Of a stretch of DNA of 64,000 nucleotides, positions 43,067 through 53,635 are shown piece after piece. Both the position numbers and the translations under genes were made by a program. The DNA is from Candidatus Marinacidobacterales bacterium. Lineage in GTDB: Bacteria; Acidobacteriota; Vicinamibacteria; Marinacidobacterales; SMYC01. The first letter of the stretch is position 1; each line of letters starts with the position of its first letter. The stretch lies in assembly GCA_965237955.1 (NCBI GenBank), contig OZ250169.1, forward strand, positions 2,048,001 through 2,112,000. The letters run 5' to 3'. The notes under the pieces are model-generated. The model made no database searches and was not told the DNA's origin. It saw only the letters and a program-made list of their open reading frames with translations.

Positions 43067-46000
43067 TCAGGGGAGCGGGAATTCCACTCCATAGATGACG
43101 CCCTCGTCACTGCCCACGTAGATCATGGAGTTCAGCAAGTCCATCGTGGGCGCGCCCACTGCGGCTGTGCCGTCGCCAAGAGTGACGCTCGTCGTCGGAA
43201 GCGGCGTGATGACATCCATCTGATACAAATTGCCGTCGCCCGAGCCGGCGATCACCATAGTGGAGCCCGGCACATAGAGAGGCGTCGACGGGGACGGCAC
43301 CTCCGCGCTGGTCACAGGCCAACCAGGGTTGACGGCACCACTCCCGCCACTGTCGGCGATGGACCAGATTTTCCCGTTGGTCGACGCGAACAGATTGATG
43401 GAGCCGAACTGCGGAAAGATGAAGCTCTTGATCACACCGTCTGCGAGTGGGAGCGACCAGTTGACATCGCCGGTGGCCGCGTCGAGAGCGTACACGACAC
43501 CGGCGTTCGTGCCCACGTACACGGTCGTGCCGAGTAGAATCGGGCTCCCGTCGATGTTCCCGTAAGCCTTGGCCCAGACGATGCTCGGCAAGCCCGAATC
43601 GAAGTCGATACACCACACCGTATTGGAGCTGCCCCCGGACTTCTCCCTCGACGTAAAGATGACGCGGCGATTCGCGTAGTCCACGGAGGCGCCACCGCTA
43701 ATGATGCCGATGTCCGTGTCGTCGCCTCCGTAGGCGGCAGAGTTGTCGAAGCTCCACACCGGGGTTCCCGACGTGACATCGAGAGCTTCGAGCGTGTTGG
43801 GGGAGGACGCGCTCCGGGTACCAACGAGAATGAGATCCTTGGCGAGTGCGTTGTAGAAGAGGAAGTTCCCCGCTGGCGCAGCTTGTACCATCGAGGCAAT
43901 CGACTGGCTCCACTCTTCCATCCCGCTCACGGCATCGACGGCATACACCACGCCGTTCTGAGCGCCGACGAAGGCCGCTCCACTGGTCGCGCCGCCTACC
44001 GCGAAGGGAACGACCGGGGGACGCGCTTGCGCGGGAGCGCCGAGAGCGAACGGAATCCATCCAGCCGGCCAATCCCCTCCTGTGCCGTCGCCGTTCACGG
44101 AATGGAGAACCCCGTCGTTCGAGACCGCGTAGACGTAAGCGACGCCCGCGAAGAAACGAAGCCCCGGAGGCGCCATCGATGCGGCGCCGGTCGAGTAAGC
44201 CCACTTGACCGGACCGGGAAGACTGTTGAACGGCCTGGCTCGGAGAAACTTCCCCGCGGTGAACATCGCCGCGCCGTACTCGACGAAAATGGCGTAGTGA
44301 TACTTGGTACCGTTCACAGGGCTCCCGTCGATCACGTCTTGCTTCTGGCCTGGCAGGCCAACGCAGGAGCGAACGTCGATGGACAGCCCGTCGAATGGAC
44401 CCGTCGGTTGCACGGTGTTCCTGACGACATGGGTGTTGTCGCAGGCGCCGAAGAAGGGGTTGACCCACTCCAGCTTCACCTGGTTGTTCGTGGCGGTGGC
44501 GGTGAAGAACGGGACGTCGGTGGCATCGGTGATGGTGATGACTTTGTCATCGAAGCCGACGATGGTCCCAAAGTTGTCGACCTCGAGCTCGAGGTTGCCG
44601 ACCCCGGGCGCGGCGAAGTTCACGAACTCGAGACCGGAGACGGAGATGAACTCGCCCGGTGCGAACGGAGCGGTAACGTTGATGACGAGGATCGTCGGGC
44701 TGGCGTAGCTGACCGTCGTCGAGACCTTGGAGGCCGCGTTGCCGCCGATGATCGCCGAGGTGAGGGTCGTATTCCACTCCATGGCCAGAGAGCCGGGAAT
44801 GTGGATGCGAATGTCATCGGTGGCGTTGATGAAGGCGACGGCGCCCTCGCTGATGAACAAGGACTCGGCTGGTGACGGGCCTGGCCCCACGGTGAAGAAC
44901 TGATGGTCGAACGAAGACAAGCTCGGGTTGGCGCTCGGTGCGATGGCGATGGTTTTGTCGTCGAGCGCAGAAGCCAGGCCATCGTTCGCGACCTCGAGCT
45001 CGAGGTTGTCGAGAGGCGATGGCGCGGTGAAGCTGAAGAACTGCAAGAGGTCGATCGTGATGAAATCGCCCGGAGAGAAGTCGGTCACGACGTCGAGGAC
45101 CACGGTCTGATCGAGATCCTCGTAGGCCTTGATCGTCGGGTCGACTTTGGCGAACGCGCTGCCGCCGAGAGCGACGGACGTCACCGAGCTGTCCCACCGC
45201 ATGTTGAAGCCCGCGGGAATGCGGATTCGCAGATCCTTGACCGCGGTAATCGTCGCTGCGCCCGGATCGTCCGTGATCGTGACCAAGGCCGCAGGCGTGT
45301 CGGGATCGCCTACGGTGAAGCTCTGGGCCGTGGCGGAGGAGATTCTCGGCGCACCTCCGGCGAGCACATCATCGGCACCGATGTCCCACGGGCTCGAGCG
45401 GTTGGCGCCATCGATATCGACCAAGAAGAAGCTGCTCAGATCGGTTCCAGCGTCTTCAGCCGCGCTGCCCGCGATGATGTGGAGGTCTTCCGTCCCGGGC
45501 GTCGTCGAGATGAACAAAAAATTGGCCAGCGGCACGTTGTCCATGCCGCCTCCCAAAGGGCTATGGGCTATGCCGGTGGCGTCGCCGGAAAAGTTGTCGC
45601 TGCTGGTGGCCGCGACCGGCGTCACCGCGAAATCGGCCGTGGTGTTGCTGTGAGCGATGTTGTTCCTCAAGAAGGTCGACGCATTGCCCGTTCCTTCGAA
45701 ACCAGGCGCCGCGCAGTTGTACACCGTGTTGTTGAAGAACCTGCCCACGTTCGGCTGCGAGGTCATCCGAACGCCGCTTCGTCCCAACGTGTAAAGGATG
45801 TTGTTGAAGAAATCGATGTTGGTATCAGCGTCACGCAGTTCCAAGCCGTCTCGCGGCATGTCGTGGATGATGTTGTTGCGAATCACGATTTGGTTGGACG
45901 CATTCTGAGAGTTGGTTTCGAACGCGTTGGGACTTCCGCTGGAGCCCGTGATCTCCAGCCACTCCACCGTAACGAAAGCGTCCTCGATCAAGACCGCCTC

Positions 46001-47491
46001 AGCGCCGGTGCTCAAATCGATGACGACCCCGGTACCGGCGACGCCACGGTGGCGGTTGCGGACGGCGGCGGTGAGGATGATGGGATGCGACGCATCCGTC
46101 GTGGCTCCGTCGATGACGAGGGGATCGGTGAAGGGGGCGTCGTTGTAGGCGACGCCGACCTCCATGCGATCGTCGGCGACGAGGTCGGAGCTGGCGACGG
46201 GGAAGTAACTACAGGGTCCGCCGTCGACACAGTCCTCCCACGCCGGCATCGTCGGATACTGCCGCGAGATCGTGTATGGGCCGGAGAAACTGGTGGCCGC
46301 GGGTTGGGTCAGCGTGAGCTGGGCTTCGGAATCGACCGACAGGATGACGTAGTCGGTACCGCCGATGTCGATACGATCACCCCGACCTCGGTTCGCACTT
46401 TGCCAGGCGACGCCGGTGCCGGTGACGATCGCAGAGCCAGCGGTCGCGCTCACGGTTCCGGCCACGTAATCCGGCGCGGTACCGATGGAGCGATACCACA
46501 CCGGGGGATCGAGGCTATAACCGACCAGATAGAGATCCCTCTGTGTATCGCCGACTTTCTGTTCGAAGATATTGGCCGAGTCGACCCCGATCGAGGCGAA
46601 GGCGTGTGTCTGATCCAGATAGAAGTCTTCGGTATCGCCGTTTCGCCGCAGCGCTGTCTGATAAGCCGAGTCGTTCGTGCTGTGGAGCTCGACGAAGGCG
46701 CCGTTGACGCGGTTACCACCAATGTCGGCGGTGATGTCCACATCCTGGTACGCGCCCGCGGAGGATGTCGACTTATCGACTCCGTTCGCGATGAAAACGG
46801 CGCCATGGGTGACGTAGCCGACCAGGTAGAGATCTACCAGGCTCGACTCGATCCGCATCTCCGCTTGGTCGGCTCCGTCAACGCCGATGAGGCCCAGGGT
46901 CGCGGCGTTTTTTTCGAGCGCCGAGTATCGATCGTCTCCCGAGCCTTGCCGTCGCAGCGCAAAGCGCTGAGCGGATCCGCTCCGATTGAGGACAGTGAAC
47001 ACGGCGCCGATCGCGGTATCGACGCCGGTATCGGCGGTGATGTCGACGTCAGTCCACGCGCTGGGTGCGACAGACTTGTCGATGCGGTCGGTCAAGAACT
47101 GGACGCTGTTCATCGTGTACGCGTACAAATAGAACTCGAGCGCAGTGTTCTCCGCGTAGATCTCGAACACCCCGTCCGGGTCGAGCCCCGTCATGAGCCA
47201 GGTCTGTTGGCTGTTGATGAGAGTTGACTCGGATTCCCACGGATCGGTGGAGCCATTTTTCCGGATCCCGTACGCGCGGTCGCCGGCGGTCGGGTTGCGC
47301 ACGAGCACGAGAACGCCGGTTGCGCCAGGCGGGACATAGGTCGACACGTCCACATCCACCCACGCGCCCGCAACGCCGACCGATACATCGGCCGGCGCAG
47401 GCAAGTAGTTGAACGCGGGGGCGGCGCTAAGCGCTTGCGTGCACAAAAGAGTGCCCAGCAGCGCCTTAGTGAGTTGCAGGCGTTTCAGCAT
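43067..47491 (-). CDS. Large secreted multidomain protein (N-terminal repeats, beta-helix, Ig-like repeats, C-terminal PQQ-type beta-propeller)
   Basis: Signal peptide; three (W/Y).DVD repeats; IRNNIIH/FFNNTVYN beta-helix strands; VYVGTNAGVVYALDAATGDVNWS propeller blades. Confidence 0.85.
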   Translation of the reverse strand: MLKRLQLTKALLGTLLCTQALSAAPAFNYLPAPADVSVGVAGAWVDVDVSTYVPPGATGVLVLVRNPTAGDRAYGIRKNGSTDPWESESTLINSQQTWLMTGLDPDGVFEIYAENTALEFYLYAYTMNSVQFLTDRIDKSVAPSAWTDVDITADTGVDTAIGAVFTVLNRSGSAQRFALRRQGSGDDRYSALEKNAATLGLIGVDGADQAEMRIESSLVDLYLVGYVTHGAVFIANGVDKSTSSAGAYQDVDITADIGGNRVNGAFVELHSTNDSAYQTALRRNGDTEDFYLDQTHAFASIGVDSANIFEQKVGDTQRDLYLVGYSLDPPVWYRSIGTAPDYVAGTVSATAGSAIVTGTGVAWQSANRGRGDRIDIGGTDYVILSVDSEAQLTLTQPAATSFSGPYTISRQYPTMPAWEDCVDGGPCSYFPVASSDLVADDRMEVGVAYNDAPFTDPLVIDGATTDASHPIILTAAVRNRHRGVAGTGVVIDLSTGAEAVLIEDAFVTVEWLEITGSSGSPNAFETNSQNASNQIVIRNNIIHDMPRDGLELRDADTNIDFFNNILYTLGRSGVRMTSQPNVGRFFNNTVYNCAAPGFEGTGNASTFLRNNIAHSNTTADFAVTPVAATSSDNFSGDATGIAHSPLGGGMDNVPLANFLFISTTPGTEDLHIIAGSAAEDAGTDLSSFFLVDIDGANRSSPWDIGADDVLAGGAPRISSATAQSFTVGDPDTPAALVTITDDPGAATITAVKDLRIRIPAGFNMRWDSSVTSVALGGSAFAKVDPTIKAYEDLDQTVVLDVVTDFSPGDFITIDLLQFFSFTAPSPLDNLELEVANDGLASALDDKTIAIAPSANPSLSSFDHQFFTVGPGPSPAESLFISEGAVAFINATDDIRIHIPGSLAMEWNTTLTSAIIGGNAASKVSTTVSYASPTILVINVTAPFAPGEFISVSGLEFVNFAAPGVGNLELEVDNFGTIVGFDDKVITITDATDVPFFTATATNNQVKLEWVNPFFGACDNTHVVRNTVQPTGPFDGLSIDVRSCVGLPGQKQDVIDGSPVNGTKYHYAIFVEYGAAMFTAGKFLRARPFNSLPGPVKWAYSTGAASMAPPGLRFFAGVAYVYAVSNDGVLHSVNGDGTGGDWPAGWIPFALGAPAQARPPVVPFAVGGATSGAAFVGAQNGVVYAVDAVSGMEEWSQSIASMVQAAPAGNFLFYNALAKDLILVGTRSASSPNTLEALDVTSGTPVWSFDNSAAYGGDDTDIGIISGGASVDYANRRVIFTSREKSGGSSNTVWCIDFDSGLPSIVWAKAYGNIDGSPILLGTTVYVGTNAGVVYALDAATGDVNWSLPLADGVIKSFIFPQFGSINLFASTNGKIWSIADSGGSGAVNPGWPVTSAEVPSPSTPLYVPGSTMVIAGSGDGNLYQMDVITPLPTTSVTLGDGTAAVGAPTMDLLNSMIYVGSDEGVIYGVEFPLP

Positions 47492-47707
47492 GAGAGAACC
47501 CCAGAAAGGCACCAGGCTATGCACTGCAAGCTCCATACCGTCTCGTTACAAAAACGCCTAGTAAGCCACTGATACAAAGGGGCTTACAAAATCTTGTCGC
47601 GGGCGCCTTCATGATCGGCGGAAAACACCCACCCTCGCGTAGGCAATTCCAACCACATGCACTTCCCCCCAACTGGCGTTCGGGATTCCGAGCAACAAAT
47701 CGGGAAT

Positions 47708-47784
47708 TGGTAGCGGGGGGCGGACTTGAACCGCCGACCTAAGGGTTATGAGTCCTTCGCTCTCACCATCTGAGCTACCCCGCC
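47708..47784 (-). tRNA. tRNA-Met(CAT), probably elongator
   Basis: ggcggggtagctcagatggtgagagcgaaggactCATaacccttaggtcggcggttcaagtccgccccccgctacca forms a cloverleaf with encoded CCA. Ile2 cannot be fully excluded. Confidence 0.92.
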
Positions 47785-48164
47785 ACGGAGGGGCATTTAT
47801 TCTAGCATCAACGAAAAGCCGATTCGGCGTTTTGCGCGCACGCCTTGGCACTCGTTTTGCTTTACCCCCCAATTAGCCCTTCATTGTGGCGAACCTGTTC
47901 CGTCATGAAACGGTAGCGCCGGATCGATTGTGTCGAAACGGAACCGGTTGTTTGGGCGAGGCCGAACCTGGATCTTCGGATCCGCGGTTGGGGGAGCGGC
48001 CTCGCCCTTACTCCGTTCAGGAGCCACAAAATCCAAAAAAGCTCACCGCAGAGGCGCAAAAGACGCAGAGGTTCGCAGAGCGAATCCGAGACCGGCCAAA
48101 ATCTCTTGTGGGCCGTGACAACACCCTTTCCAAGTCCAGATCCAGGAGAAGCGCTTCCGATCCG

Positions 48165-48412
48165 GCCTGAGCATCGCCGCTGAATCCTCGGGAGAGCGGT
48201 TCCGGGTCATGGATGTGAAGTCCAACTCACCCGCGTACTTCGCCGGACTCCGGCGCGGACACATGATTTCCGAGATCGACACCAAGCCCGCGAGCCACTA
48301 TTCGCTCGACGAAGCGCGGCGAGCGCTTCGCGCCGACGGCACTCACCCACTCACGCTCATCGAGAGCGGTGGGAAAAAGCACAAGATCAATCTCGAGCTT
48401 CCGAGCATGTAG
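48165..48412 (+). pseudogene. Orphan C-terminal PDZ-like fragment
   Basis: FRVMDVKSNSPAYFAGLRRGHMISEID. Confidence 0.6.
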
Positions 48413-48503
48413 ATTCCCTCCTGGCGCCCGGGCGGAACGTCTCTCAAAATTGTAGGGTATGCAGCTTCAGTTACGCGGCGACTTCCGTTAAACTCGGCGG
48501 GTC

Positions 48504-49793
48504 ATGCGACGGCGTGAGTTCCTGTTCAGTCTTTGGGCACTTGCGTTTCGTCAACGTCCTCGGCTTCGTGTCGATGGCGCGCGGTTGAACAGCACCCTTA
48601 CGGAACTCTCACAGTTTGGACGGACGCCTGAAGGGGGGATCAGCCGGGTGGCCTATAGCGACGCCGATCTCGACGGGCGGGCTTACGCCATGAGACTCAT
48701 GCGGCAAGCGGGGCTCGATGTGACGATCGATTTTGCCGGCAACATCCTCGGGAGGCGCCGGGGAATTGATCCGGATGTGCCGCCGCTCATGTTCGGGTCC
48801 CACACGGACTCCGTACCTCATGGCGGGAACTATGACGGTCAAGTCGGCTCGATGGCGGCGATCGAAATCGCGCAAACGCTCGAGGACGCCAGGGTCACGA
48901 CGCGGCATCCACTCGAGGTCGTCATCTTCCAGAACGAGGAGAACGGCAAGACCGGAAGCCGCGCGATGGTGGGTGAGCTCACCGACGGCGAGCTCGACCA
49001 GCCGTCCCATACCGACAAGACGCTCGGCGAGGGCATCGCATTCATCGGTGGCGATCCGGGGCGGCTCGACGAGGCCGGGCGCCGGCCGGGCGACATTGCG
49101 GCGTATCTCGAGCTTCACATCGAGCAGGGAGCGATCCTGTACGAGAAGTCCATCGACATCGGGATCGTCGAAGGTATCGTCGGCATCAAACGCTGGAACG
49201 TGACCATCCGAGGCCGCGCGAACCACGCGGGCACCACGCCCATGGGCCAGCGTCACGACGCGATGCTGACCGCCGGCAGGTTCGTCGACGCGGTCCATCG
49301 CGTCGCCACCGAGCTTCCGGGTCGCCAGGTCGCGACGGTCGGCCGCATCGCGGCCCATCCCGGCGCGCCGAACGTGATCCCGGGCGAGGTCACGCTGTCG
49401 CTCGAAATTCGGGATCTCGAGATGACGAAAATCGACGAGGTCTACCGGGGCATCGAGAAACAAGGTCAAGCACTCGCCGCAAGGAATGGCACGAGCATCG
49501 AGCTGCAACAATACTATGTGAGCCGCTCCGCGCCGACGGACGAGCGACTTCGACGACTCGTGGCCGACGCCTCCGAAGCTCTGGGTCTGTCGACGCACTC
49601 GATGCCGTCAGGCGCCGGACACGACGCGCAGAGCATCGCCCTCCTCGCGCCGGTGGGGATGATCTTCATCCCGAGCGTCGATGGCATCAGCCACTCCCCC
49701 GACGAGCTCTCGCGCCCGAGCGACATCGAAGCCGGCACGAACGTTCTCCTGCAAACGCTTCTCGCCACCGACCGCCTCGACCTCCCCGGTTGA
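48504..49793 (+). CDS. M20-family Zn amidohydrolase (N-carbamoylase/allantoate amidohydrolase-like)
   Basis: GSHTDSVPHGGNYDG, NEE, ELHIEQG, NHAGTTPM and SGAGHDAQ motifs. Confidence 0.93.
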   Translation: MRRREFLFSLWALAFRQRPRLRVDGARLNSTLTELSQFGRTPEGGISRVAYSDADLDGRAYAMRLMRQAGLDVTIDFAGNILGRRRGIDPDVPPLMFGSHTDSVPHGGNYDGQVGSMAAIEIAQTLEDARVTTRHPLEVVIFQNEENGKTGSRAMVGELTDGELDQPSHTDKTLGEGIAFIGGDPGRLDEAGRRPGDIAAYLELHIEQGAILYEKSIDIGIVEGIVGIKRWNVTIRGRANHAGTTPMGQRHDAMLTAGRFVDAVHRVATELPGRQVATVGRIAAHPGAPNVIPGEVTLSLEIRDLEMTKIDEVYRGIEKQGQALAARNGTSIELQQYYVSRSAPTDERLRRLVADASEALGLSTHSMPSGAGHDAQSIALLAPVGMIFIPSVDGISHSPDELSRPSDIEAGTNVLLQTLLATDRLDLPG

Positions 49794-49822
49794 GCTCGTT
49801 GAGCTATACTTTCTGGTTTGCG

Positions 49823-50551
49823 ATGCAGGAACACTTTCGTCAGGCGATGGCCCAGCTCGAGAACGAGCATTGGTGGTACCGTGCCCGCCGGACGATCCTC
49901 GAACAGGCCGTCGATCGCTTCGTCGGTGACACCGCTCGAGCCCTGACGGTCGGCGTAGGCGCGATGCGCGAAGCAGAAATGCTGGCGAAGCGGACACGCC
50001 TCGTTGCCATCGACCGAGCGCCGATCAACCCCGACTGCACCGAGTTTTCGCTCCCGACCCAGGCTGACGCTCTCGCGCTCCCGTTTGCCGACCACGCCTT
50101 CGACGCGGTGTTCATCTTCGACGTGCTCGAGCACGTCGACGGCGACGATCTGGTTTTGAAGGAGATTCATCGAGTGCTGACGCCCGAGGGACGGCTCCTC
50201 ATCACCGTGCCCGCGTTCATGTTCCTGTACGGCCGGCAGGATGTGGTGAGCGAGCACAAGCGGCGCTACCGGCGCGGTCCGCTCGCCCGTCTCCTCGAAG
50301 AAGCAGGATTCGACGTCGAGTACGCGAGCTATTTCAACACCGTGCTGTTTCCACCGATCGCAGCGATGCGGCTTCTCCGCAGAATCTTCCCCGAAAGAAA
50401 CGGCAACCGTGGAGCAAGCGACTTCGATATGCGACTTCCACCGCCTATCGAGAGAACGCTCGAGTCCTTGTTCTCCATCGAGCGCCATGCCGTAGGCCGT
50501 GCCCAGCTCCCCTTCGGCATCTCCATTCTGTGCTCCGCGCGCCGCCACTGA
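49823..50551 (+). CDS. Class I SAM-dependent methyltransferase
   Basis: E..HWWY.AR start, LPFADHAFD, DVLEHV, RVL.PEG. Confidence 0.85.
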   Translation: MQEHFRQAMAQLENEHWWYRARRTILEQAVDRFVGDTARALTVGVGAMREAEMLAKRTRLVAIDRAPINPDCTEFSLPTQADALALPFADHAFDAVFIFDVLEHVDGDDLVLKEIHRVLTPEGRLLITVPAFMFLYGRQDVVSEHKRRYRRGPLARLLEEAGFDVEYASYFNTVLFPPIAAMRLLRRIFPERNGNRGASDFDMRLPPPIERTLESLFSIERHAVGRAQLPFGISILCSARRH

Positions 50552-50564
50552 CCTCGCCACGCCG

Positions 50565-52148
50565 ATGAAGTTCGAAGACGAAGTGCAACGGCGGCGAACG
50601 TTCGCCATCATCTCGCACCCCGACGCCGGGAAAACGACGCTGACGGAGAAGCTCCTCCTCTACGCCAAAGCCATCCATCTCGCGGGCTCGGTCAAAGCCA
50701 AACGCGCGTCGCGGAACACGATTTCCGACTGGATGAAGATCGAGCAAGAGCGCGGCATCTCGGTGACCTCGTCGATCCTTCAGTTCGAATATGAGGGAAG
50801 CGCTTTGAACCTTCTCGACACGCCCGGTCACGCCGACTTCTCGGAAGACACGTTCCGAACGTTGGCGGCCGTCGATTCCGCGGTCATGCTCATGGATCAC
50901 GCCAAAGGCGTCGAGCCACGCACGTTGAAGCTCTTCGAAGTGTGCCGCATGCGCAAGCTCCCCGTGGTCACGTTCATGAACAAGCTCGACCGACACGGGC
51001 TCGGGCCACTCGAGCTCGTCGATCAAGTGCGCGACACCCTCGATCTGGAAGTCGCTCCCGTCAACTGGCCTCTCGGCATGGGCGAAGATTTCAAAGGCGT
51101 TGTGGATTTGGCCAGCCGCGACGTCATCGTCTACGAAGCGCACGGACGCCGCGGCGAAGGCATCGTCGGCTCCCGAAGAATCCCGTTCAACGAGGCCGAG
51201 GCGCTAATAGGCGCCGCAGATTTCGACCGGGTTTCCGAGGAGCTCGAGCTCATCGAGCACGCCGGCGACGATTACTCCCACGAACGTTTTCTCGCGGGCG
51301 AAGTCAGCCCGCTTTTCTGGGGCTCGGCGGTGAGTAACTTCGGCGTCGAAGAGCTCTTGAGCTTTCTCGCCATCAAAACGGCCTCGCCCGCTGCGCGCAC
51401 GACCGAGGACGACGAAGAGGTGCGGCCGGACGATGAGCGCTTCACCGGTTTCGTCTTCAAGATTCAAGCGAACATGAACCCGCGCCATCGCGACGGCATC
51501 GCGTTCATGCGGGTCGTGAGCGGCAAGTTCGAGCGCGGTATGGACGCCATCATCAGCCGCTCGGGCGAAGTCCTGCGGTTGTCGAAACCACACACGTTCA
51601 TGGCACAAGAGCGCTCCCTCGTCGAAGCAGCCTGGCCGGGCGATATCGTCGGCCTCTATAACACCGGCAAGCTCCGCGTCGGTGACACGCTGTCGGCCAA
51701 CGGGGGCATCAAGTTCGCCGGCATCCCCCGGTTCGCACCCGAGCACTTTGGGCAACTCCGGCTGGAAGACCCGATGAAAAGGAAAGCGCTCGACAACGGT
51801 CTCGAGCAACTCTCACAAGAGGGTGTCATCCAACTTTTCCTTACCCCCGGCCAGGGACGCCAAAACCCTTACCTCGGCGCGGTCGGTATCCTGCAGTTCG
51901 AAGTGCTCAAAGAACGGCTCAAAAACGAGTACAAAGTCTCGGTCCAGTTCGTGAAAGCGTCTTTCAGCCGCGCGCGCTGGGTGGGCGGAAAGCCCGAAGC
52001 CCTCGAATGGCTTCGCTCGACGCATGGCTATCTCCTCGTCGAGGATCGCACCGGCCAACCGGTCGTGCTCACGGATTCGAACTGGAACTTGAGCTACGCG
52101 CTCGAAAACGCTCCCGGGATCGAGCTCTACGACGTCGAGCCCATGTAA
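50565..52148 (+). CDS. prfC: Peptide chain release factor 3
   Basis: RRTFAIISHPDAGKTTLTEKLL, DTPGHADFSEDT and FKIQANM motifs. Confidence 0.97.
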   Translation: MKFEDEVQRRRTFAIISHPDAGKTTLTEKLLLYAKAIHLAGSVKAKRASRNTISDWMKIEQERGISVTSSILQFEYEGSALNLLDTPGHADFSEDTFRTLAAVDSAVMLMDHAKGVEPRTLKLFEVCRMRKLPVVTFMNKLDRHGLGPLELVDQVRDTLDLEVAPVNWPLGMGEDFKGVVDLASRDVIVYEAHGRRGEGIVGSRRIPFNEAEALIGAADFDRVSEELELIEHAGDDYSHERFLAGEVSPLFWGSAVSNFGVEELLSFLAIKTASPAARTTEDDEEVRPDDERFTGFVFKIQANMNPRHRDGIAFMRVVSGKFERGMDAIISRSGEVLRLSKPHTFMAQERSLVEAAWPGDIVGLYNTGKLRVGDTLSANGGIKFAGIPRFAPEHFGQLRLEDPMKRKALDNGLEQLSQEGVIQLFLTPGQGRQNPYLGAVGILQFEVLKERLKNEYKVSVQFVKASFSRARWVGGKPEALEWLRSTHGYLLVEDRTGQPVVLTDSNWNLSYALENAPGIELYDVEPM

Positions 52149-52155
52149 CATCCAA

Positions 52156-53529
52156 GTGCTTATCGTCGGCGCTCTCGGACTCGCGATTTCCCTCTGGGGA
52201 CTCTTCCACGATATCGGATTCATCGCGCAGCCCTTTTACGCGTGGGCGTGGTGGAGCTACATCTTCCTTCTCGACGGCTTGGTAGCGCGACGCCGCGGAA
52301 GCTCGCTTCTCACGACGCGAAAAAAGTATCTCCCGAGCATCCTGCTGTGGTCGATCACGTTCTGGTACTTCTTCGAGCTTCTGAACCTACGCTATCAGAA
52401 CTGGTACTACGTCGGCGTTTTCGGAATCGGGTCGGTCGCCGACCTGCTCGGAGGCATGGTGTTCGGCACCGCCGCGTTCGCGACGGTGTTCATGGGATTG
52501 TTCGAGACCTATGAGGCGCTAGCGACCTACGGGCTATTCGGAAAAGTGAAGCTACGGCCACACACTTTTGCAACCTGGGTCACCTACGCGGTCCAAGCGG
52601 CGGGTGCCATTATGGTCACTCTCTCGCTCGCGTTCTCCTACTACCTCGCTCCCCTTGTGTGGGGAAGCTTGAGCTTTCTCGTCGACCCATGGAACTACCG
52701 GCGCGGGGCGCGCTCGATCCTCGCCGACGTGGAACGTGGAAACTTCGGCGTTTTGTTGCGCCTCCTCCTCTCCGGTCTCGCTTGCGGTCTGGTCTGGGAG
52801 AGCTTCAACTTCATGGCGCCGCAGAAGTGGATCTACACGGTGCGAGGCCTCGAAGAGCTCAAGCTCTTCGAGATGCCCGTTCTCGGCTTCGTGGGTTTTC
52901 CCGCGCTCGCACTCGATGCCTTCGCCGCGTACGCAGCGATTGCCTACTTGTTCCACGGTAACCAGACGTGGGAGAACCCGGACGACGTCACCCAACCACT
53001 CGAGCCGCGTCGAGGCCTTTCCATGAAGGCGTTCGTCGCGCTCGTGCCGCTCCACGTGGCGTTCTGGGGCTCTATCGGACTTTTGACCATGACGCGGAAC
53101 ATCGGCTCGATCGAGCTCCAGCTCCATCATCTCGAGAGCCTGCCGTTCGGAGCAGCGGCCGTTCTCGAGAAGGAGGACATCGACCGACCTCGACAGCTCG
53201 TTCGCGCGATCAAGAACCCCGAGCGCGCGCGTCGCGTGCAAACCGGATTGGGCCTGACCGACGCCGGCCTGGTCGAGCTCTACGACGAAGCACACCTCTT
53301 GACGCACAAAGGCATCGGCTACCATCACGCCCAGCTGCTACGCCGGCTCGGCTACCGCCGGGTCGAAGACCTCGCGGGTGCGGACCCTGATGTGTTGTAC
53401 GAGCAGCTCGAGGCTCGTCGCGAGACTCGGTTTCCCGGCCTGCGCCGGGGGATGGTCCGTGTGTGGGTGAACGCTGCGCGTGACGAATCGACCTCTTTCG
53501 GAGACAGCGACCGCCCGGTTAGTCAGTAG
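52156..53529 (+). CDS. Multi-pass membrane protein with a C-terminal DUF4332-like HhH domain
   Basis: About 8 TM segments, WE..NF...KW.Y and LFEMP.LG motifs; tail KGIG...AQLLRRLGY..VEDLA. Confidence 0.7.
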   Translation: MLIVGALGLAISLWGLFHDIGFIAQPFYAWAWWSYIFLLDGLVARRRGSSLLTTRKKYLPSILLWSITFWYFFELLNLRYQNWYYVGVFGIGSVADLLGGMVFGTAAFATVFMGLFETYEALATYGLFGKVKLRPHTFATWVTYAVQAAGAIMVTLSLAFSYYLAPLVWGSLSFLVDPWNYRRGARSILADVERGNFGVLLRLLLSGLACGLVWESFNFMAPQKWIYTVRGLEELKLFEMPVLGFVGFPALALDAFAAYAAIAYLFHGNQTWENPDDVTQPLEPRRGLSMKAFVALVPLHVAFWGSIGLLTMTRNIGSIELQLHHLESLPFGAAAVLEKEDIDRPRQLVRAIKNPERARRVQTGLGLTDAGLVELYDEAHLLTHKGIGYHHAQLLRRLGYRRVEDLAGADPDVLYEQLEARRETRFPGLRRGMVRVWVNAARDESTSFGDSDRPVSQ

Positions 53530-53635
53530 GCTTTTCGATGCCAACATCTTCTATCACAAGCGCATAGAGATATTGCGTCGTGCTGGTACTCCCCTTGCAA
53601 TGGTGAGGGCGTAATCCACACTAGGGAGGAACCCG

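Noticed and set aside
47708-47784. tRNA-Met as the integration site of the left-hand island
   Set aside because: No duplicated tRNA 3' end or adjacent integrase was seen, and core-like genes lie in between.
49616-49627. cggacacgacg matching the B/C terminus
   Set aside because: It encodes GHDA in the conserved amidohydrolase motif and has no further similarity, so it is a chance match.
38135-49793. Purine-catabolism cluster linking the xdh-like operon and the amidohydrolase
   Set aside because: They are 7 kb apart on opposite strands with no uricase or allantoinase genes, and substrates cannot be assigned from motifs.
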